DNA of 48,840 bases, filler included, from Catajapyx aquilonaris (taxonomy: Eukaryota): assembly GCA_000934665.2 (NCBI GenBank). It is 3 parts of 3 records of this genome, joined end to end, with 100 filler letters (N's around TTAATTAATTAA, not from the genome) between each part and the next. Parts side by side here need not be neighbours in the genome. Positions count along the whole stretch, not along the records: positions 32,626 to 48,840 come from JYFJ02007259.1; 2 more parts are not named here. The stretch is one strand, 5' to 3'. Under the pieces are notes generated by a model. It saw only the letters and a list, made by a program, of their open reading frames with translations. It was not told where the DNA came from and did not search any database. Below, one piece after another: positions 37,369 through 48,641 of this stretch. Each line of letters opens with the position of its first letter. Within the stretch, counting starts at the first letter, position 1. The position numbers and the translations under genes were made by a program.

Positions 37369-37614
37369 AATCGGCCAGGTCTTTTGCGAACCAATTAAAC
37401 GTACGGTTTGGTAATCACATTGTCGCAAGTACGCCAATTATTTATTTGGTTCATCCTGTTCGAATAAACTTCACTATAATTAATTTGCTACCAAACTCTC
37501 TGGCTCTTATTACGATCATAAATAATGGACAGTAACGAACACATGTTGCGAACATAATGTCTTGATTGCAAATCCAGCGAACAACACGGGATTTACGTAT
37601 CGTCCAACCTCTGT

Positions 37615-40600
37615 TTAAAAGACTCCCTGAGCCGCATCTTGCAACCCGAGCCCCTCAAGTATGTACAGCATCTCTTCAACAGTCGGATCCTCTTCCTGTT
37701 CGAACCAAACTTGCAGCATGGCCGTTGCAGGAGACTGTCCGCCTTCCTGATCCCTCTGCGACTCGAAGAACTCAACTTCGTCCGATTTGAACGAGAGCTT
37801 CTTGGCCAGTTTCTTCCAGTCGTCGCCTCTCAAGTTGGCTGCCAGTTGCGTGACGTGTTCTAACGTCAGAGGAACAACCTGGCCGTGCTCTACCTTGTCG
37901 TCGCCCCCGTCGTCTGAACCTGTTAATTAGTTTTAAGTTAATTAATGCGCAACGTGTCAATCGGGGGTGAACTTACCCATATCCTTTTTATCGTCCGGTT
38001 TCAGAAGCTCCTCTTCATCCATAACCCCTGCGTTAACCTCCTGTACGACCTCGTTTTCTAGCGAGTCCTGCTTAGTATCGTCCATGTTTTGAGTCTGTAA
38101 ATTAGCAATTAGTACAAACAAGTCATACCGTATCAGTCGCATACTAACCGGAAGATCCTTCGCAATCTTCTTAATCATCGTCTCCAAATAATCCGGCAGT
38201 CTGTTGATCGGATTGTTGCTGTGTGTGAAGAAATGCGGGCTACGACGCGCCAGCAAACGAAGGGCTCTCCAGCCGAAATTGCCGTCGTTAACTTTTCTGC
38301 AATTAGGTAATTACAGCATCGAACAAAATAAGTACGTAACGAACTCACTTGTTGGCAGGCTCGTCAAAGTAAGCCTCGAGCGTCGGTAGGAAGTCGCGCT
38401 CTTTGGACCGACATGCTCTCAGATTGTTCGGACTGAGATTCCATAAGCGGACGAGCTCGTTTCGTCCGACTGCGTACTTCTTGTTGGCGACCGCGTCCTT
38501 TATTTGGTCGCCAAGCGGACGCTTCTTGCCCTTTTTCTTCTTCGTTCCTTCCTCCGGCGGTTCATCCGAAGTCGCTCCGGCCGCTGGAGGTACCGGCTTT
38601 TGAAACTCAGGACATCCCTCGTTCTTCCAGGAATTCCAGTGCTCCTCGCGGGACAGTATGTGCCGCACTGCCTTTGCAAATGCGGGTCCATCAGGTGGGG
38701 TCTCTTCTATCAAGCGATAGATGCGTTCCGTAGTCTCTCGGACCCATCCGGACTGCTCGTCTCCAAGCAGCTGCGAATCTTGCTTAAACTTCACCTGGAA
38801 ATCAACAACGGCGAATCAATTCGAGACTAACATGTCGGATTCCAAACACACCTGGGAGTTCAAGTACTGGAACAGGATGAGGAACTGGAGAAGAACGTAG
38901 CGACGGAAGTTGGAGTCGCTCAGCTGCAGCTCCAACAGTTTCTGACTCGTCAGGTACTTGGCGAAATATTGTTGCGAGGTTGATGCAGATTCTTCCAGAA
39001 GACGAGATGCGTCTGTGTTCTTCCGACCAACGTCGTCCAGTTTGAAGCTCCCGAATGCGGACAGAACATCCGCAGAGTACTGGAAAGCAACAGCGGCCAT
39101 TGTGACTTGTCCAAAAAAACCATATCTGCGATTAATGTCTCACACTAATGAATGTTTTCCAGGGCAATTTGGTGTAGCACTGGTTCGGATTCCTGAAAAA
39201 ATCCTGGAGCGCCCAGAACTTGTGGTAAAGGTTGTAGTCAATCTTTATTCCAGTGTCTCCAGATGATCCGACCTCCCCTTCCTCCAGGTTGTCCTCCTTG
39301 TCATTCAGAATGTCCTTCAGGTCCGAGTCATCCTTCTTCCCAAAGACGGTCACATTGTCCAAGTTGAACTCGCTAATAATATTCAGACCTGCAAAAAAAT
39401 AAATTTTAGTGAATAACATGAATTTTCTTCGATACGGTTGGAAACCAATAAACGGCTTACCTGATCTTTCCGAGAAAGGAAAGAACTTAGCCAGGAAAAG
39501 AAGGATTCGTCCGCAGAACACAGTGTTTTGCGATCTTGACAGCCTTCTAAGGAGGTCTAGAAAACGACAGGTGATTTACAACAAGATATTAAAGACCACT
39601 TCAGTACACAGTACCATTGCACATTCTGAGCAGGTTGTTCTTGCACGCCTGGAAGAAGAACTCCTCCTTCCATATGGCAACACCTTTCTCCACGAACGAG
39701 AAGAGCATCTCGCACTCATCTAACGTGAGAGCGTCGAATGCGTCGCTGAGCAGCACCACAGGCATAGTCGCAGAGCACAGCTCCGCTCTGCTTGCGTCAA
39801 CGCTCAGGTCCACGTACGACTCCAGCGGACCCAACCCCCGTCGTTCCCAGTTCTTCAGCATGCAATCGGAGAGGAACTCCCGCAAGGCAAGATCTACAGC
39901 ATTGCGTTTGTCTGCATCGCTGGAATAAAATAATAATACACATGTCATGCACATACATGTTTTCATGTGTCGGTACGACCAACATGCAGTGTTGCTTAGG
40001 AAAAACATGTTAATCAGGGAGCATATACTACATAAGAGGCGCAAACATTCGATTTTCACGTCTCTCTGTTTGGGGCCGTTGCCAAGGCTGGCGGCCATCT
40101 TGAAGTGTGGGGAACGCCAACGAGGTATAAATAGGGTACAGGCAAAAATAGGGTCCGCCATCTTTTATGGTTTTGGCGGTCATGGCAACTACACGGCAAG
40201 AATACGCGCGAATCAAAGATGGCGGGCCTGTACCCTATTTATACCTCGTTGGCGTTGCCCACACCTCAAAATGGCTGCCAGCCTTGACAATGGCCCCAAA
40301 CAGTGAGACGCGAAAATCGAATGTTTGCGCCTCTTATGTAGTGTATGCTCCCTGTTAATATTTAAAAAATCATCATCATTATCATTATCATCATCATCAT
40401 TATTATAACTATTAAGTTATGATCATCATCATTATAACTATTATGTTGTTATCATCATTATTATAACTATTATGTTATCATCATCATTATTATAACTATT
40501 ATGTGATTATCATCATTATTATAACTATTATGTTATGATCATTATTATAACTATTATATTATCATCATTATTATAACTATTATGTCATGACTCATGATCA

Positions 40601-40720
40601 TCATTATTGTAACTATTATGTCATGACTCATGATCATCATTATTATAACTATTATGTTATCATCATTATTATAACTATTATGTTATTATTATCATCATCA
40701 TCATGCCATAAATGAAATGA

Positions 40721-40755
<35 letters not shown>

Positions 40756-41132
40756 CATCATTATTATTATTCGAAGAGTGTCTTGACGTACCTCCCTGGC
40801 AGAGCGTTGTAATAGGCTTCGAGCGTGGCCACATTTCCTTGTTCTCTGCTCAACTTGATCAGGTCCTGGAATATTAATATTTTCAGTTATAGTTCCAATC
40901 AGTGTTCACACTTTGCAATTAAATTAAATTTAAATAAAAAGGCCTGTTGCATCGAACCCCCCTCAAGGCAAAAAAGTAGCAAGTTTAAAAAATGCTGCAC
41001 GCATGTTCATCATCATGTCTTCAACTAAATTCATGGTCATACAACAGCACTTTAAAATGTAAATAAATATATAAATACCAAAATTTTAGGTTTTGCGGCG
41101 TCGAAACCAAACACAACTTTTTCGGAGGCCAT
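37615..41132 (-). CDS. THOC1: THO complex subunit 1 (Hpr1) with C-terminal death domain; exons 41132-41079, 40865-40792, 39919-39615, 39556-39461, 39388-39144, 39079-38852, 38794-38349, 38296-38149, 38094-37977, 37919-37615; ~672 aa
   Basis: [97 protein letters not shown], death domain WKKLAKKL...MLQVW; junction phases consistent. Confidence 0.94.
40015..40354. mobile_element. Palindromic MITE in THOC1 intron, flanked by TTAAT direct repeat
   Basis: cagggagcatatactacataagaggcgcaaacattcgatttt... / ...aaaatcgaatgtttgcgcctcttatgtagtgtatgctccctg. Confidence 0.85.
40368..40770. repeat. ATC/ATT-rich minisatellite and microsatellite in THOC1 intron
   Basis: atcatcattattataactattatgtt units followed by (ATT)n. 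Confidence 0.9.
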
Positions 41133-41755
41133 CTTCGATTTGCGACGTTGCCAAGTTGTTCCGTAATGCGTTGCGGTCCAAAAAAAAACGAGATTAAAAT
41201 ATTTAACAAATCCACACCTATTTATCGCCGTGAAAACACTGTATTACTTTAATAAAATATATGAAATTGAATTTTATGTGTGAAAATGTTGATTAATTTG
41301 GATGAAGCGACGTTGCCAGTGTCGGCGACGGTCGGCATTAAGTACAAATGTAATTTAAAATATTTTACAAATCAACGATCATTTCATGCCGTTTCAACAC
41401 ATTATTATGTGTATAAAATGTATGTCACTGAATATTGTGGCTTGAATTGCGAATTAATTGGTATGAGGCGACATTGCCACATCTCCATTTTTTCATTCAG
41501 GATGTGTAATGTATGTAATAATAAGTTACAATTAGATCTGAAGTAATTAGCGTACAACTTCAGTAACCTGCTTCAAGAACATTGCCTGCAGCTTCATGTA
41601 CTTGAAACGCACCATCCAGCACTAGCTCATTACACCGTAGTTACGACACGAGAAGGACACGTTACATGAAAGGTACGCTCATTAACAAAAATAATTACAA
41701 TTATTTAAAAAAATAAATTATGTAATGAACAAAATATTTTTTTAGCTCTTGAAAG

Positions 41756-44700
41756 ATGGAGATTCGAATACCGGTCCAGGCCAACGTCCAAAACGGCAAG
41801 AGTTACACGACAAATGAGAATAAGTCGAAGATGTCGATGCCGACGTCTTTTCTGTGCCTGAATTTTTCACATCTCAACCAGACCAATCAGTTCCTCGTGT
41901 TCTCCGCCGGAGTGTTCTGCTTTTATCTACTGTACGGATACTTCCAGGTTCGTTGTCGTTCGAAGTTTGGGGGCAAAATTTTTGCTGTAGATAACGACAA
42001 GGCAAAGAAAAAAAAGTACGTTCAACGTGCGATTCACTCCGCAGAAACTCCTGCGCTACGGTATTCTATGAACTGTCGGTAAAAATAAGCGAACAAAAAC
42101 GAGAAGAGGACCGTTCTATCGGAGTTTAGAAGGTAAATTATATTCATAAGCTAACGATTGTTAGTCGTTAATGACACTTTTTTTCCGTAGAATGGATGAC
42201 TTTCATGCATCGGACTATTTGGTGTACGACGACGCCAGCTCCGATGATGAGATGGATGCTTCCGAAGGTGCCGAACACACTGCGGAAGATGATGCGGACA
42301 GTGGCGGACAGTGGACTTACATGTGGGATCCAAATGTGGATCAGCGTCCGTCACCGATAAAGGAATGCGAGCCGCCGTACATAATTCATCCGGCGGTCGA
42401 CGATGAAACCGCCGCTTCTAAGAGGCAGTGCTTCGAATCCTTCTTCTCGTCGCATATCGTCAACTGTCTATGTCAATGGACGAACGATCGGGCTCGAATG
42501 TACTTCGCAGGAAAAGGAGCCGGAAAGAACATAGTCCACGGTTTGCACTGGAAGCGAGTTACGCTGCCGGAAATGTACGTGTTCTTTGCGCGTGTCTTTC
42601 TCATGGGCGTTGTGAAACTGCCGAGTCTTTCCGACTACTGGAGTCGCAATCTTGTCTGTTGCGGTCCGCCCTGCTTTTGCGCTTCGGTTATGAGCCGAAA
42701 TAGATTTCAGAGCATACTGAAGTTCCTCCGATTTTCCGCACCGCAATCGGCGCGCAGGGAAAACCCGTTGACACGCGTGGAGCAATATTTGTCGATGCTG
42801 CGGGAATCGTGCATGATCCTCGTTGATCCGGGACAAGTACTGGCTGTGGACGAATGCCTTTTGTTGTTCAAAGGTCGAATGCACTTTCGGCAGTACATAA
42901 AATCAAAGCAGGCTCGGTTTGGATTGAAATTGATATGCGCATGTCCCAGTTCCGAACCGCTCCGTGGTTACACCTGGAATTTTTGTTTGTACTTCGGAAA
43001 GAATGTATCCGATCATGCCAACAATTTTTTGTCCATATCCGAACAAGCTATTGTACACCTCCTTCAAAATGTACTTGAGGAAGGCAGGCATGTGGTTTTG
43101 GATAGTTCATATTTGTCGAAACACTTGTCAGATTTTTTGTTGGCGCATAACACTTACGTTACGGGAACTATCAGGAAAACAAGGGTGCCACTGGCTCTTC
43201 AAGAGGAAGTTTTTCCGAGGGGTCAATCGTTATTTGCACGAAATGATAACACTTTGGTCGTTAAACATGTTGACAGTTGTGAAGTGTACGTTCTTACGAC
43301 TAAATATGTAGCGAACATTGAGGAACCGCATGTCGGAAAGGATGATCAAAAGCAGCCGCACATCGACAAATGCATTCAGTACATGGAAAGTGTGAACGCA
43401 ATTGATTGGGACATTCGTCAGTACAATGCTTCAAAGAAGAACAACACCTGGTTCAAAAAACTGGGAATCCATTTGGCACAACGTATGATGGGAAACGCAC
43501 GAGTGATGTACGATGCACATGCGGAAAACGGACAAAAAACGGAGTACAAGACCTTCGTACTTCAGACATGCAATGACATTCTGTTGCACTATTCTGAAGG
43601 ATACAAGAAACTTAGTGAACATCAGACGAAACCTTCATGTGCAGACCCGCCTCAGCATCCATCTCCAAGCGCTGAAAATGTCGAATCGGTATTGCACGTA
43701 CTTGTGTCATATCCGGTTACACGGTCATGCGCATACCCACAAAAGGATTGCCGTATATGCCGCGGACAGGGGAAGCGGAAGCGATCCAGAAAAGGATGCG
43801 CAGGATGCGACGATTTTCCAGGACTTTGCGGCATCGAACATTTCGAAATGTACCATCAACGATGTAGGACCAGCATTTAATTTTTTTATAAGAAATATAT
43901 TATAATTTTTTATACACGTGTGAACATTTTGGCTGGAATAAATTGTACAAGTCATATCGAATACTGAGTAATCATTATCCCTATGCCCGAAGTAGACTTT
44001 CATATTATTTATTTTTTAATCGTAATCGTCTTCATTGCACATGAAAATTTGCAGCTGATCGTATACTTTTTTTGCACTTGTCTATTCATGAATTTTGCAA
44101 TTACTCAACCGCTTTTATGATGCAAATATTTTTATTCAAATTGCAACGATGCAAACATTATTGCCCCCCGCACAAATTATTCAAAAACGTACATGAGTAG
44201 GTAAATTACAATATTAGAGAAAAGTGTCTTGATTATAACAGCGGACAGTCAATAACAATAACTAACCTGTAATTTATTTATTTTTATTCGGCAGGAATTA
44301 ATATTTACCCTGGAGGAATTCAAACCCTACGGTTGGTACTTAACACTGGTGCAGTTTGCCTACTACACATTGTTTGGCTTGGTGGAGCGGAGCCTCAAGA
44401 ATGAGCAGGGCCGCAAGTAAGAAGCTTTTAATATTAACAATCGCGCCTTTTTGCAGGTTCAATTAAAACACTTTTAACTTATATAATTAATTAACAAATC
44501 ATCCTCCGCATGTGACGGAAAACTTGGTAATCATAACACTTAACAACGCGACCGCAATTTTTTCAAACAAATGGTTGACAAATGTCGGACGCAATTAGCT
44601 GCATCCATTGTTTGAAGTCGTGGAAACCCGTTGCCCTGTCGCTCGTTGCCATGGACAAACAAAACAAACTTTGGCTTTTATATATGGTAGTGTTGGGTAG

Positions 44701-46572
44701 TATATTAGGTACATACGATATCAATAGTAATAATCTGCTAGCCATGGTTGCTCATTGCCATGTAACTACCTGTTGCCATGGACAAACGAACCTTCCCTTT
44801 ACAAGCAGTAATATACAATATCAATAGTAACCTGCCGTCATGTTGCTCGTTGCCATGGACAAACAAGCAAGCTTTGCCTTTTATGCAATAGTATTACTAT
44901 ACAATAGTAACATTAATCTGTTGCCATGGGCAAACGAACAAACATTGCCTTTCATACGGCAGTATACGACATGTCAATAGCAAATATGTTAGCCATGATA
45001 GCCCTTTGCCATGTAACCTGTTGCCATGGACACACAAACTTTTTTTTCCCCTTTCATGCTGTAGCGTACAATATCAACAGTAATCTGTTGCCATGTCACT
45101 CGTTGCCATGTAGCCTGTTGACCTGTAACTAGCTGCCATGGACAAACAAACTTTCCCTTCTGTACATAAAGGATGCAATATCAATTTAGTGAAATGTTGC
45201 AATGATAACTCGTTGCCATGTAACCCGTGTTGCCATTAGAACTCGTTGGCATGGACAAGCCTTTCATTTCATGTCAATAGCAATGTGTTGCCACTGAGGT
45301 AACTCATTGCCATGTGACCTGTTGCCATGGACAGACAAACTTTGCTTTTTATGCAGTACTACATACATTACAATATCACAATAGCAACCTGTTGCCATGG
45401 ACAAACTTTGTTTTTCTGTACAATAGTGTTGCCATGGACCAACCTCACTCTTTTATACAATAAGTATGCAATATCAGTAGCAACCTGTTGCCATGGACAA
45501 ACTTTGTTTTTCTGTACAATAGTGTTGCCATGGACAGACAAACTTTTCCCTCTATATGTGTAAGACGTGTGTAAGACTCGATGTAATTTCCTTTCGATTA
45601 TGTTGCAGGATTCCGTTGCCGACGTATGCTCTCTTGGCGCTTTTAACGGTGGGCACGATGGGCTTCTCGAACGCATCTTTAGGCCACCTGAACTACCCGA
45701 CGCAGGTGATATTCAAGTGCTGCAAGCTAATCCCGGTGCTGGTTGGCGGGATCCTGATACAGGGGAAGAGGTACGGCGTGGTGGACTTTGTGGCGGCCGG
45801 CTGCATGTGCCTGGGACTGGTCTTCTTCACCCTGGCGGACAGCCAGGTGTCGCCTCAGTTCGACGGGACTGGAATCGCCATGATTTCATCCGCCCTTCTG
45901 TTTGACGCTGCTATCGGAAACATTCAGGAGAAGAACATGAAGGCGCACCATGCCACCGGGACTGAAGTGGTGCTGTTCTCTTATTCCATCGGGTTCCTCT
46001 ACATTCTTCTGTTAGTCACCATCACCGGAGAGATGCTTCCTGCGGTCGAAGTATGTCACAAGGTAAATGTCTTGTACGGAAATGTCCGTACAACATTCGA
46101 CATGGTAGTTACGATAAAGTAAATTATTATTTTAAAAATTAAATCAATGTTTCCCTTGCAGTTTCCGCTTCAGACGTACGGTTACGCACTGATATTTTCC
46201 ATCACCGGATATCTCGGAGTGCAAGTCGTCCTTCTGTTGGTGAAGACCTGCGGAGCATTTGTAGCCGTGACGGTCACCACATTTCGCAAGGCAATATCAA
46301 TCGTCCTGTCCTTCATGTTCTTCTCGAAGCCTTTTACAATACAGTAAGTACAAACATTAATGTTGCGTACATCATATAATAATTGACACATTTTTGTTTT
46401 CTCTTTTCTTAGCTACATATGGTCAGGTCTGCTGGTGGTGCTGGGCATTTACCTGAACGTGTACGGGAAGAACCACCAGATTAAGACGCAAGATGTGTTG
46501 AAATGGTGGCAACAATGCCGCAGCCAATTTATGAGGAGAGCGGCTCCGAAGCATGGAATAACCCAAGTGTAA
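41756..46572 (+). CDS. SLC35B3: Adenosine 3'-phospho 5'-phosphosulfate transporter 2; exons 41756-41947, 44295-44416, 45609-46062, 46162-46343, 46413-46572; ~369 aa
   Basis: GVFCFYLLYGYFQ|ELIFTLEEFKPYGWYLTLVQF, TMGFSNASLGHLNYPTQVIFKCCKLIPV, DAAIGNIQEK, VTVTTFRKAISIVLSFMFFSKPFT, YIWSGLLVVLGIYLNVY; frames consistent; AATAAA at 46599. Confidence 0.93.
42192..43880 (+). CDS. piggyBac transposase-derived protein (PGBD4-like), 562 aa, nested in the SLC35B3 intron; candidate domesticated gene
   Basis: MSRNRFQSILKFLRF, LAVDECLLLFKGRMHFRQYIKSKQARFGLKL, HVVLD, GTIRKTR, WFKKLGIHL, C-terminal Cys-rich domain. Acceptor ttttttccgtag at 42190, ATG at 42192, AATAAA at 43937. The ORF track starts at 42171. 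Confidence 0.92.
   Translation: MDDFHASDYLVYDDASSDDEMDASEGAEHTAEDDADSGGQWTYMWDPNVDQRPSPIKECEPPYIIHPAVDDETAASKRQCFESFFSSHIVNCLCQWTNDRARMYFAGKGAGKNIVHGLHWKRVTLPEMYVFFARVFLMGVVKLPSLSDYWSRNLVCCGPPCFCASVMSRNRFQSILKFLRFSAPQSARRENPLTRVEQYLSMLRESCMILVDPGQVLAVDECLLLFKGRMHFRQYIKSKQARFGLKLICACPSSEPLRGYTWNFCLYFGKNVSDHANNFLSISEQAIVHLLQNVLEEGRHVVLDSSYLSKHLSDFLLAHNTYVTGTIRKTRVPLALQEEVFPRGQSLFARNDNTLVVKHVDSCEVYVLTTKYVANIEEPHVGKDDQKQPHIDKCIQYMESVNAIDWDIRQYNASKKNNTWFKKLGIHLAQRMMGNARVMYDAHAENGQKTEYKTFVLQTCNDILLHYSEGYKKLSEHQTKPSCADPPQHPSPSAENVESVLHVLVSYPVTRSCAYPQKDCRICRGQGKRKRSRKGCAGCDDFPGLCGIEHFEMYHQRCRTSI
44635..45545. repeat. Degenerate tandem array built on GTTGCCATG(G) in a SLC35B3 intron
   Basis: Roughly 20 copies of (g)ttgccatg; the last two ~96-bp units are nearly identical. 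Confidence 0.85.
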
Positions 46573-46871
46573 TAATTAAGCGCAGCATGTCACAATGGAA
46601 TAAAACTAGTCACGTCCACTATTTAAATTAAAAAACACAAATTTTTATTCCACTCTGAGGAGCGCAAAGATGTTAATTTTTTTTTGTAAAAAAAAAATGC
46701 TCCAATGATAAATAATGTAAGGTAATAACTGCTAATATTGCTTTTATAAATTATGTATTACCAGTATTACAAATACCATACATGGAAATCACGTCCAATA
46801 CACACGTTAGTACAGATTTTGTGACATTTTTTCCCCCCTTCCTTTTTCCGCTCATGAATTTTAATTGTTAA

Positions 46872-46879
46872 CAATAATA

Positions 46880-46946
<67 letters not shown>
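46872..46946. repeat. (AAT)n microsatellite
   Basis: Seen directly. Confidence 0.95.
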
Positions 46947-46948
<2 letters not shown>

Positions 46949-46949
46949 C

Positions 46950-47046
46950 AAGGGCCAATCGGCGCATCGCGGTAACAATAGACGGAGGCCAATCGGAAGC
47001 GTGGCAGTAACAATATGCGGCGGACCAATCAGAATCCTTATATACA
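46950..47046 (+). promoter_or_regulatory. Putative promoter: three CCAATC boxes followed by a TATA-like element
   Basis: CCAAT at 46955, 46989 and 47025 (34-36-bp spacing); ttatata at 47038. Confidence 0.5.
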
Positions 47047-47552
47047 AACAACGCAAGGATTTTAATATTATAGAAGATGGTTAAAATATTAAATCTGACA
47101 GTTTAAATAAATATATTTAACAGTTTTTTTTTAAAATATTAGCGCGCATTTTTTTGTATATATTTATAACCGTTACAGTCAAATAGCTACGACTTATTAA
47201 TAGCCATCGACTTAACCGTTACTTGCAGATTGTGTCGCTGCCAAGGCATTTATTCCGGTTGTCTCGTTATAGCAACAAGATATCAACCGGCCAGTAATTG
47301 CAGGATATTTTTAACCCACAAGTGCACAAAAGTAATGATAAATTATTTGCATTAATCGTTCTTGAATTATTAGAATGTTCTGGTTTTTTAGCTGCTTTGA
47401 AGACGTAGCTCTGGATTGCGGTAACTGCTACGCGTTTGGAACGTTTAGTTGGCGCCAAAAGACCCGCTGGCGGATCGTTATGTTATTTCTCTCTCTGACC
47501 TTTTCTGACCTCTTCTGACTCCGTTTGTGACCCCTGACCTCACTTGGGGGAC

Positions 47553-47630
47553 ATGGGCGGGTTCTGGAACGAGTTCAGCTTGAACTGCGAGGAGAAACTG
47601 CAGATCGTCCTCAGGTTCTGTCAGAACAAG
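47553..47630 (+). CDS. Candidate first coding exon of an unidentified gene (MGGFWNEFSLNCEEKLQIVLRFCQNK)
   Basis: Good Kozak context gacATGg, GC-rich codon-like stretch, strong donor AAG|gtaaca; lies downstream of the CCAAT promoter. Confidence 0.4.
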
Positions 47631-47964
47631 GTAACAAGAAGCCTTATGTCTAAAGTCACGGCACATGTATTCATTGGAATCTACTTTATCGCATTTATTT
47701 AAAAAACAAACAGATAATGGCCATTTAAATACATTATTTTTGTGATTTGAAGCTAATTTTAATGTAATCATAATATTTATTTTTGTGCGCTGAACATTAC
47801 GCTACCGCTTGCGACTGCGACGTTGCTCGCTAGACTAACTATTGCACCGAACTAGTAACAAACCTTATTTTTTACCCAGTACGTAAAATGTCCCTTATGC
47901 CAACAACGGGTGTCATGTGAAACATGACTTGGGTCATGTAATTTTATATGAAATAATAATATAA

Positions 47965-48147
47965 AGTCCCATTCACACAGGCCGCCGCCGGTTTTGGTTT
48001 TTGGTCGCGTTGACACCGCGGACCAGTCATGACTCATGTAAACAAGCACAACCCATTGGTTAGAGCTTGTTTACATGGGTCATGATTGGTCCGCAGGGTC
48101 AACGCGACCAAAAACCAAAACAGTCGACGGCCTGTGTGAATGGGCCT
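47965..48147. mobile_element. PIF/Harbinger-type palindromic MITE, TAA TSD
   Basis: TAA-agtcccattcacacaggccg ... cggcctgtgtgaatgggcct-TAA. Confidence 0.85.
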
Positions 48148-48153
48148 TAATGG

Positions 48154-48641
48154 TGTAACGTGAAGAGGTGAAGGTCACCACGGAATACGGCAGCTTCCCC
48201 GAGAAATCACCCAAGTAATTACCTCCCAACTTTCCCTTCCTACAAACAACGTACTCTCACCTCAAACCCAACAACATCCCCTACGAAAACAACCTTGGAG
48301 AAGCAGAATAAACAGGGGGAAGCTGCCGACCAACCAGACACTCGAGCACTCGTCACTCGAGGGACTCGAGGACGCATCACTAAAGCCCTCGAGTCGGAGG
48401 CACTGACACGGTTACGGTTGTTGTGGTGTACGTGTGATTGTACCTGCTGTGCTGAGGACAGAATTAAAGGACATTCGGAAAGCAACCTCCCTTCTCTGAT
48501 AATTGACCGGAAATTGACCGTTGTGGCCCGGGCACCTTACCTACGTCTCCCTGACCAACCCTGTCCAGTCCCTTCCCAACCATCCCCAACCACCCTATCC
48601 CAACCACCCCCATCCTTATCCGCCCCAATTGTCACGTTACA
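48154..48641 (+). mobile_element. Solo LTR (Ty3/gypsy-like), 488 bp
   Basis: TGTAACGTGA...TCACGTTACA inverted termini, 4-bp TSD ATGG on both sides, internal AATAAA at 48307. Confidence 0.8.

Noticed and set aside
41756..43880. Direct in-frame PAPST2-piggyBac fusion protein
   Set aside because: The phase-0 donor at 41947 joined to the 42190 acceptor gives AAT GGA TGA; the other nearby donor/acceptor combinations I tried also do not restore frame.
42100..44100. Active autonomous piggyBac transposon
   Set aside because: No TTAA-CCY/RGG-TTAA termini found by eye, and the third catalytic Asp position is Asn.
46767..47056. Poly-Leu and poly-Tyr ORFs
   Set aside because: Translations of the (AAT)n microsatellite.
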